From NCBI RefSeq assembly GCF_004376175.1, contig NZ_SNUY01000040.1:1-32000 (forward strand): a stretch of DNA of 32,000 nucleotides. The letters are read 5' to 3'. The translations under genes and the position numbers were made by a program. The notes beneath the pieces are model-generated. The model saw only the letters and a list, made by a program, of their open reading frames with translations. It was not told the DNA's origin and did no database searches. This document shows, piece after piece, positions 26,469 to 32,000 of the stretch; position 1 is the first letter of the stretch, and each line of letters begins with the position of its first letter. This stretch comes from Halalkalibacterium halodurans. Lineage in GTDB: Bacteria; Bacillota; Bacilli; Bacillales; Bacillaceae_D.

Positions 26469-27626
26469 ATGAAAAAAAGCAAGCTGTTTGGAGTGTTACA
26501 CCATACTTTCAAGGTTCTCTTACTCGTCGGTTTGCTCGTCGCCTCCTTTACCTATGCCATGTTTCAAGGTGGCTTTGTTAGCTGGTTTCTCTTTTATAGC
26601 GTTGTGACCGTGACCGTGCTCACTCTGATCGTGTTTCTTTTTTCCTTTCAAGGATTTGACGTAGAGCGATCGTTAAGTCAGAAAACGGCACAAGCCGGAG
26701 GGGAACTGACAGTCACGATTTATCTTCGCAGACGTTCCTGGCGGCCGTTTTTTTATATTCGCGTAAAAGATTTAGTCCCCTTATCGATCGGACGAACGGA
26801 AGGCGCAGGGGCACTGTTTTTCTTTGGATTGCAACGAGAGTGGTCCTATCAGTATGTCATTTCTAATATTCGCAGAGGGGAGCACCGATTTGAGAATGTG
26901 CACCTAGTGTTCGGAGACTTGTTTGGATTGATTGAAAAAGAGACGACCGTGCCTGTTGAATCAAGTGTCTTAATCTATCCGAACGTTCATCATGTGAAGG
27001 AGTTACCACCGATTCAAAACCGAACCTTTTCACAGGGGAAAAGGGCGAATCGCAAACAGGAAGAGGAACGATCCCTTGCCGGTGTTCGTGATTATGTACC
27101 AGGTGACCGGTTATCAACGATTGATTGGAAGCAGTCAGCACGGGCGTTGAAGTTTGTGACCAAAGAGTTTGAATCATATGATGGGGAAGGGATTGTTGTC
27201 GCCTTTGATGCTTATTTAGAGACACTCTCTCCCACAAGCTTTGAAACCGCGGTTGAATTGGCAGCTTCTCTAATGTATAAAGTTTTGCAACAACGGCCTT
27301 CGCTAGAAGTGGCGGTTCGCAGAAAAGGGTGGCAGACGGTGACGATTGACACCCACATGCTCACACTTCCGTTAACGTTGCTCGCAAAGCTTCAACCGAC
27401 GGAGGAGGGACCTAAGGCAAAGGATCCTGTCTATCTTTCTTGGAGAGGAGCAACGGTCTTCTATGTTTGCACAGAGTTGAGCGAGGCGATAGTCGAGGCC
27501 GCCCGTACGTTGCAAATGCAGCATGTGAATGTGCAAATCTGTCTTGTTGGTAAACATCGCAAGAACCAAGAGTTTGCTGAGCAATTAAAGCAGCACCGGA
27601 TCCAGATTCACACGTTTGAACCGTAA
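26469..27626 (+). CDS. yeaD: DUF58-family protein (vWA-like partner of MoxR) with 2 N-terminal TM helices
   Basis: DUF58 signature GVRDYVPGDRLSTIDWKQSAR. The ATG directly abuts the moxR stop codon. Confidence 0.85.
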   Translation: MKKSKLFGVLHHTFKVLLLVGLLVASFTYAMFQGGFVSWFLFYSVVTVTVLTLIVFLFSFQGFDVERSLSQKTAQAGGELTVTIYLRRRSWRPFFYIRVKDLVPLSIGRTEGAGALFFFGLQREWSYQYVISNIRRGEHRFENVHLVFGDLFGLIEKETTVPVESSVLIYPNVHHVKELPPIQNRTFSQGKRANRKQEEERSLAGVRDYVPGDRLSTIDWKQSARALKFVTKEFESYDGEGIVVAFDAYLETLSPTSFETAVELAASLMYKVLQQRPSLEVAVRRKGWQTVTIDTHMLTLPLTLLAKLQPTEEGPKAKDPVYLSWRGATVFYVCTELSEAIVEAARTLQMQHVNVQICLVGKHRKNQEFAEQLKQHRIQIHTFEP

Positions 27627-27646
27627 GAAGAAGGGGGGAGTTTAAA

Positions 27647-29836
27647 ATGGTTGAGAAAAAAACGATGAACCTAGGGAGAGATTTTTTTCTGTATGGTCTA
27701 GGCTTTTTATTATTAATGGAATGGTTGCTCCCCCTGCCTTCGATTACTGATACAGGATATATTCGTGTGTTTGTGATTTTCACTAGCCTTTTTTTCTTAA
27801 TCACTTTTCTCCAGCTTCCTTTAGCTGTATCGATGGTAGTGAAACTCGGCCTCTCGATCTACGGCATTTATTTGATCTTTTATGAGAGCCCCTTTTTTGC
27901 ATTGGACTGGCTTCTTCTGTTTGTGGCAGAGATGGGGGTTAATTTAGGGTTTATCGTTGGTGGCAATTTCTACGCGTTAACCGATATGTTCAGGAGCTTT
28001 CTATTTTTCGTCTTGTTGTCGATTATGAGTTACTTGCTTTTTTATTGGATCGTGTACATGCGAAGAGCACTTTTCTTTTTAGTGCTTACGATTATTTACA
28101 TTACGGTTCTTGATACATTTACGGCTTATGATGCCTCGATGGCGATTGTACGTACATTTGTTGTCGGCTTCGTGCTTCTCGGACTTGTCACCATTTATAG
28201 GAAAATGGAGCGGGAAGGGGTTCGTGTCGGCTCGAGGTATTTGCCCTTGCGGTTAGGTTTGATGTTAGTAGCCGTCATAGGGATCTCTAGCATATTAGGC
28301 TTTGCTTTCCCTAAGCTCGATCCCCAATGGGACGATCCAATGCCGTTTATGCGTGCAGCAGTGGGACTTGATCCGTACTCTGACTCTGTCGAGGTGGTTC
28401 AACGGATCGGCTATGGGGATTCGGATGGTCAGCTAGGTGGCGGATTTATCGATGATGAAACGACCGTGTTTTACGTCACCGCTCCCGAAGCTCAATACTG
28501 GCGTGGTGAGACAAAGGACTTTTATACGGGGCGTGGCTGGGAGACAACCACACCGGAGCAAGTGCAACCGCAGGCTCCGTTAAGGACTGCCACCGAAAAT
28601 CTCGTTTCTGTTGAGCAGCGAAGGGCAGAGGTTCAATTTGAAGATGGACAAGCTCGTTATGAGCATCTGTTCTATCCAGGACAGCTCGACAGCTCGGAGA
28701 CGGCAGGCATTGTAGTCGACGCGTATACGGAAAAGGCTACGACGTATTCTGGATCAAGTCCAACCGTTCTTACTAGGTATGAAATTGACTATTATTATCC
28801 AACGTATTATATCGATCAGCTTCAGCAAAGCTCAGAAGTCGATCCACAAAACATTCAAGATTACTATTTGCAGCTCCCCGATTCGGTGCCGCAGCGGGTT
28901 TATGAGTTAGCCGAAGGAATTGTCTCTGAATACGAGAACCGCTATGATCAAGCAAAGGCGATCGAAAATTACTTTCAGAGGTCAGGTTTTCGATATGAAA
29001 CAACAGATGTACCGATCCCGGAGGATGGGCAAGATTACGTAGATCAGTTCCTCTTTGAAACCCAGGCTGGCTACTGTGATAACTTCTCTACATCGATGGT
29101 TGTTTTGCTTCGATCGGTAGGGATTCCAGCGCGCTGGGCAAAGGGTTTCACAGCAGGAACGCTAGTGGACTCAACGAATGAACAAAACGTATATGAAATT
29201 CGTAACTCAAATGCCCATTCTTGGGTGGAAGTTTATTTTCCTGAGGTAGGCTGGGTTCCATTTGAACCGACACGCGGATTTACGAACGAATTTGATTTTA
29301 CGGAAAGTCCTGTGGATAATCAGCAGAATACTGAAATTGAACAAACTGATCGAGAGGAGCCGTTAGAGACTGTAGAGAACGAAGAACAAGAAGTAGAGGA
29401 TGCCTTCGCTGAGTTGGAGGAGGCTAGTACAGAAGAGGTAGCAATTTCTCCTGAAAATGGAGCGGGAGGTTTACCGTTCCCTCTTTGGTGGCTTGCGCTT
29501 CCGTTGCTGATCTTGTGTATGGCTTTATTTGCAGGTAACAAAAAGCTTGTCGGTTTGGCTTTGATTGGCTATTTCCGAGTTACCAGAAAGGAGGATGCGT
29601 TTGTCCATGCGTATAAACGGCTCCTCTGGTATTTAAACTATATAGGGCTAGGGAAGAAGCAAGGAGAAACACTTCGAGAGTACGCCGTACGTATTGATCA
29701 AGAGTGGTCTACGGAGACGATGACGACATTAACGTTTGAATATGAGCGATTGCTCTACAGTTCGGATGTGCCGGCAAACTGCTGGGAGCACGTAAAAGGG
29801 GATTGGTTGCAGCTAATGAGAAAAATTAGCTCTTGA
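27647..29836 (+). CDS. yebA: Transglutaminase-like membrane protein (N-terminal polytopic domain, extracytoplasmic TGase core, acidic linker, TM, DUF4129-like tail)
   Basis: The Cys-His-Asp/Glu core is GYCDNFSTSMVVLLRSVGIPARWAKGF...NAHSWVEVYFPEVGWVPFEPT. The acidic low-complexity run is EIEQTDREEPLETVENEEQEVEDAFAELEEASTEE. Confidence 0.85.
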   Translation: MVEKKTMNLGRDFFLYGLGFLLLMEWLLPLPSITDTGYIRVFVIFTSLFFLITFLQLPLAVSMVVKLGLSIYGIYLIFYESPFFALDWLLLFVAEMGVNLGFIVGGNFYALTDMFRSFLFFVLLSIMSYLLFYWIVYMRRALFFLVLTIIYITVLDTFTAYDASMAIVRTFVVGFVLLGLVTIYRKMEREGVRVGSRYLPLRLGLMLVAVIGISSILGFAFPKLDPQWDDPMPFMRAAVGLDPYSDSVEVVQRIGYGDSDGQLGGGFIDDETTVFYVTAPEAQYWRGETKDFYTGRGWETTTPEQVQPQAPLRTATENLVSVEQRRAEVQFEDGQARYEHLFYPGQLDSSETAGIVVDAYTEKATTYSGSSPTVLTRYEIDYYYPTYYIDQLQQSSEVDPQNIQDYYLQLPDSVPQRVYELAEGIVSEYENRYDQAKAIENYFQRSGFRYETTDVPIPEDGQDYVDQFLFETQAGYCDNFSTSMVVLLRSVGIPARWAKGFTAGTLVDSTNEQNVYEIRNSNAHSWVEVYFPEVGWVPFEPTRGFTNEFDFTESPVDNQQNTEIEQTDREEPLETVENEEQEVEDAFAELEEASTEEVAISPENGAGGLPFPLWWLALPLLILCMALFAGNKKLVGLALIGYFRVTRKEDAFVHAYKRLLWYLNYIGLGKKQGETLREYAVRIDQEWSTETMTTLTFEYERLLYSSDVPANCWEHVKGDWLQLMRKISS

Positions 29837-29861
29837 ACCTTTTGTCCTCGACTGATAAAAT
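29833..29861 (+). promoter_or_regulatory. Candidate sigma-A promoter for the guaA leader
   Basis: TTGAAC (29833-29838), 17-nt spacer, TAAAAT (29856-29861). It lies about 30 nt upstream of the aptamer. Confidence 0.5.
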
Positions 29862-29890
29862 GTTTCCGTGTTTTACATGTAGATATCATC

Positions 29891-29962
29891 CCTTTCGTAT
29901 ATACTTGGAGATAAGGTCCAGGAGTTTCTACCAGATCACCGTAAATGATCTGACTATGAAGG
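29891..29962 (+). promoter_or_regulatory. Purine riboswitch aptamer, guanine/hypoxanthine-specific
   Basis: CGTATATACTTGGAGATAAGGTCCAGGAGTTTCTACCAGATCACCGTAAATGATCTGACTATGAAGG matches the xpt G-box core (TATA..., AGTTTCTACC, CCGTAAAT, GACTATG). The specificity position is C (GAC-TATG). Confidence 0.9.
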
Positions 29963-30013
29963 TGGAATGGCTCGATATCTTCGTACGGAACGTTTGTCCT
30001 TGCGTAGGATGAT

Positions 30014-30062
30014 GGCTAGAATTCTGCCTTTTTATAGATGGAGGGGGATTCTAGCTCTTTTG
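30014..30062 (+). terminator. Riboswitch-controlled terminator (expression platform)
   Basis: GGCTAGAAT...ATTCTAGC followed by TCTTTTGTT. The loop is large, so the exact structure is uncertain. Confidence 0.5.
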
Positions 30063-30113
30063 TTATTCGCTTTGTGAACGATGTGTTTTTATTCTTGGTA
30101 AAGGGTGATATGA

Positions 30114-31658
30114 ATGATGGAACAATTATCAGAAGAAATGATTGTGGTTCTCGATTTTGGTGGACAGTATAATCAATTAATTACGAGACGAATTCGTGAT
30201 TTAGGTGTATACAGTGAGCTTCACCCTAACACAATCACTGCAGAACAATTGAAAGAGATGAAGCCAAAGGGGATCATTTTTTCAGGAGGGCCAAATAGTG
30301 CTTATGCAGAAGGGGCGCCTAAATGCGATCCGGCGATCTTTGATTTAGGAGTACCTATTTTAGGGATTTGCTACGGAATGCAGCTAATGACACAGCATTT
30401 CGGAGGTAAGGTTGACGCGGCTGAGCATCGAGAGTACGGAAAGGCGACGATCACAGTAGAAAATCAATCGAAACTGTTCCAAGGGTTGCCTGTAGAACAA
30501 ACGGTATGGATGAGCCATGGTGACTTGATTGTAGCACCACCAGAAGGCTTTGTTGTGGATGCGCAAAACCCGTCTTGTCCGGTGGCAGCTATGAGTGATG
30601 AAGCACGCAACTATTACGGTGTTCAATTCCACCCTGAAGTCCGCCATTCACAATTTGGCGACGACATGCTGAAAAACTTCGCCTTCGCTGTTTGTGGTTG
30701 CGAAGGAAATTGGTCAATGGAAAACTTCATTGAATTGGAAATGGAGAAAATTCGCGAGCAAGTCGGGGACAAACAAGTATTATGTGCCCTTTCTGGTGGA
30801 GTCGATTCATCGGTCGTTGCGGTCTTGATTCACAAAGCGATTGGCGATCAGCTCACTTGTATGTTTATCGATCATGGTTTACTGCGTAAAGGTGAAGCGG
30901 ATAGTGTCATGAAGACGTTCAGCGAAGGGTTCAATATGAACGTAATCAAAATCGATGCAAAAGACCGTTTCCTATCAAAATTAGAAGGTGTCTCTGATCC
31001 TGAGCAGAAACGAAAAATCATTGGTAACGAATTCATCTACGTGTTTGAAGAGGAAGCAAGCAAGTTAAAAGATATGGACTTTTTAGCGCAAGGAACATTA
31101 TACACCGATATTATTGAAAGTGGGACTGCCACGGCGCAAACGATCAAATCCCATCACAATGTCGGTGGACTTCCTGAGGATATGCGCTTTGAATTAATTG
31201 AGCCGTTAAATACATTGTTCAAAGACGAAGTAAGAAAGTTAGGTACAGAACTAGGGATTCCAGATGAGGTCGTTTGGCGACAACCATTCCCAGGACCAGG
31301 CTTAGGCATTCGTGTTCTTGGAGAAATCACAGAAGAGAAACTTGAGATTGTTCGGGAATCAGATGCGATCCTACGTGAAGAAATTAAAAAAGCAGGGTTG
31401 GATCGCGAAATTTGGCAATACTTCACCGCCTTGCCGAACATGAGGAGCGTTGGGGTTATGGGCGATGCACGGACATATGATTATACAGTTGGTATCCGTG
31501 CGGTTACATCGATCGATGGGATGACGTCCGATTGGGCGCGCATTCCGTGGGATGTCCTCGAGATTATCTCTACGCGTATCGTCAATGAGGTGAAGCATGT
31601 TAATCGTGTCGTCTACGATATTACATCGAAGCCGCCAGCGACGATTGAGTGGGAGTAA
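30114..31658 (+). CDS. guaA: GMP synthase (glutamine-hydrolysing)
   Basis: Near-identical blocks to B. subtilis GuaA: [24 protein letters not shown] (GATase Cys), SGGVDSSV (PP-loop) and a C-terminus of KPPATIEWE. Confidence 0.97.
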   Translation: MMEQLSEEMIVVLDFGGQYNQLITRRIRDLGVYSELHPNTITAEQLKEMKPKGIIFSGGPNSAYAEGAPKCDPAIFDLGVPILGICYGMQLMTQHFGGKVDAAEHREYGKATITVENQSKLFQGLPVEQTVWMSHGDLIVAPPEGFVVDAQNPSCPVAAMSDEARNYYGVQFHPEVRHSQFGDDMLKNFAFAVCGCEGNWSMENFIELEMEKIREQVGDKQVLCALSGGVDSSVVAVLIHKAIGDQLTCMFIDHGLLRKGEADSVMKTFSEGFNMNVIKIDAKDRFLSKLEGVSDPEQKRKIIGNEFIYVFEEEASKLKDMDFLAQGTLYTDIIESGTATAQTIKSHHNVGGLPEDMRFELIEPLNTLFKDEVRKLGTELGIPDEVVWRQPFPGPGLGIRVLGEITEEKLEIVRESDAILREEIKKAGLDREIWQYFTALPNMRSVGVMGDARTYDYTVGIRAVTSIDGMTSDWARIPWDVLEIISTRIVNEVKHVNRVVYDITSKPPATIEWE

Positions 31659-31700
31659 GACGAATATTATTCGTTGTTTTTAACTTAATGTTCGTCTTTT
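31657..31700 (+). terminator. guaA terminator region
   Basis: AAGACGAA...TTCGTCTT followed by TTGT, with an inner hairpin ACGAA-TATTA-TTCGT followed by TGTTTTT. Confidence 0.55.
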
Positions 31701-31703
31701 GTA

Positions 31704-31732
31704 TTGACGGACGCTAGTGGGTTTGCTACACT
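31704..31732 (+). promoter_or_regulatory. Candidate sigma-A promoter for the pbuG leader
   Basis: TTGACG (31704-31709), 17-nt spacer, TACACT (31727-31732). Confidence 0.55.
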
Positions 31733-31760
31733 ATTTTTGAAAAATAAATCGAAAACATCA

Positions 31761-31829
31761 TTTCGTATAATGGCAGGAATAGGGCCTGCGAGTTTCTACC
31801 AAGCTACCGTAAATAGCTTGACTACGAAA
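31761..31829 (+). promoter_or_regulatory. Second purine riboswitch aptamer, guanine-specific
   Basis: TTTCGTATAATGGCAGGAATAGGGCCTGCGAGTTTCTACCAAGCTACCGTAAATAGCTTGACTACGAAA shows a canonical G-box with C at the specificity position. Confidence 0.92.
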
Positions 31830-31861
31830 ATAATGGGTTTTTTACTCTTTATTTGTGGTCG

Positions 31862-31896
31862 AGCTTCAGGTAGCTTTCTATCTGGGGCTTTTTTTA
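31862..31896 (+). terminator. Riboswitch-controlled intrinsic terminator
   Basis: AGCTTCAGGTAG-CTTT-CTATCTGGGGCT (12 bp including G-U pairs) followed by TTTTTTT. Confidence 0.75.
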
Positions 31897-31950
31897 TGAA
31901 GTTCTTGCTCGTTTTCGAAATGGTGACGAATAGAAGGAGAGGAACTATCG

Positions 31951-32000
31951 ATGGATCGCTACTTTGGATTCAAAGAGCATGGCACGACCTATGGCCGTGA
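31951..32000 (+). CDS. pbuG: Hypoxanthine/guanine permease (NCS2/AzgA family), 5' end only; runs off the window
   Basis: MDRYFGFKEHGTTYGR resembles the B. subtilis PbuG N-terminus MKRFFQFDELGTSYR. GAAGGAGAGG lies 8 nt upstream. A G-box leader and the position after guaA match B. subtilis. Confidence 0.7.
   Translation, partial: MDRYFGFKEHGTTYGR

Overview
The window looks like a chromosomal segment from a Bacillaceae genome. The gene order yeaC(moxR)-yeaD(DUF58)-yebA(transglutaminase)-guaA-pbuG matches Bacillus subtilis. A secreted GH5 cellulase and a high IS load suggest an alkaliphilic Halalkalibacterium/Bacillus halodurans-like organism, but that is inference only.

Content from left to right:
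1. A decaying nikABCDE-type nickel/peptide ABC importer. nikA carries several frameshifts and a nested double IS insertion, which I could resolve to the base pair. nikB is frameshifted in a T-run.
2. An orphan region with a roughly 295-aa unknown protein.
3. A padR-chrA chromate efflux pair on the minus strand, next to an unannotated 36-codon ORF with a strong SD.
4. A PNPOx-family flavoprotein gene and a GH1 6-phospho-beta-glucosidase gene.
5. A c-di-AMP (ydaO-class) riboswitch followed by ktrAB.
6. A three-gene cluster: small PKD-like secreted protein, MacB-type ATPase, and a giant FtsX permease.
7. A TAXI-TRAP transporter with a cre site in its promoter.
8. A GH5 endoglucanase.
9. moxR-DUF58-transglutaminase.
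10. A guanine riboswitch with guaA, then a second guanine riboswitch with the start of pbuG.

I saw no tRNA, rRNA or CRISPR array, and no recognisable phage-defence gene set. The best candidates for under-described biology are:
- the PKD-protein/ABC/FtsX cluster
- the 36-aa CC-terminal micro-ORF
- the still uncharacterised MoxR-DUF58-TGase triad
- the orphan 8.1-9.4 kb region

None of these is demonstrably a new system from sequence alone. All homology statements come from motif recognition by eye, not from database searches.
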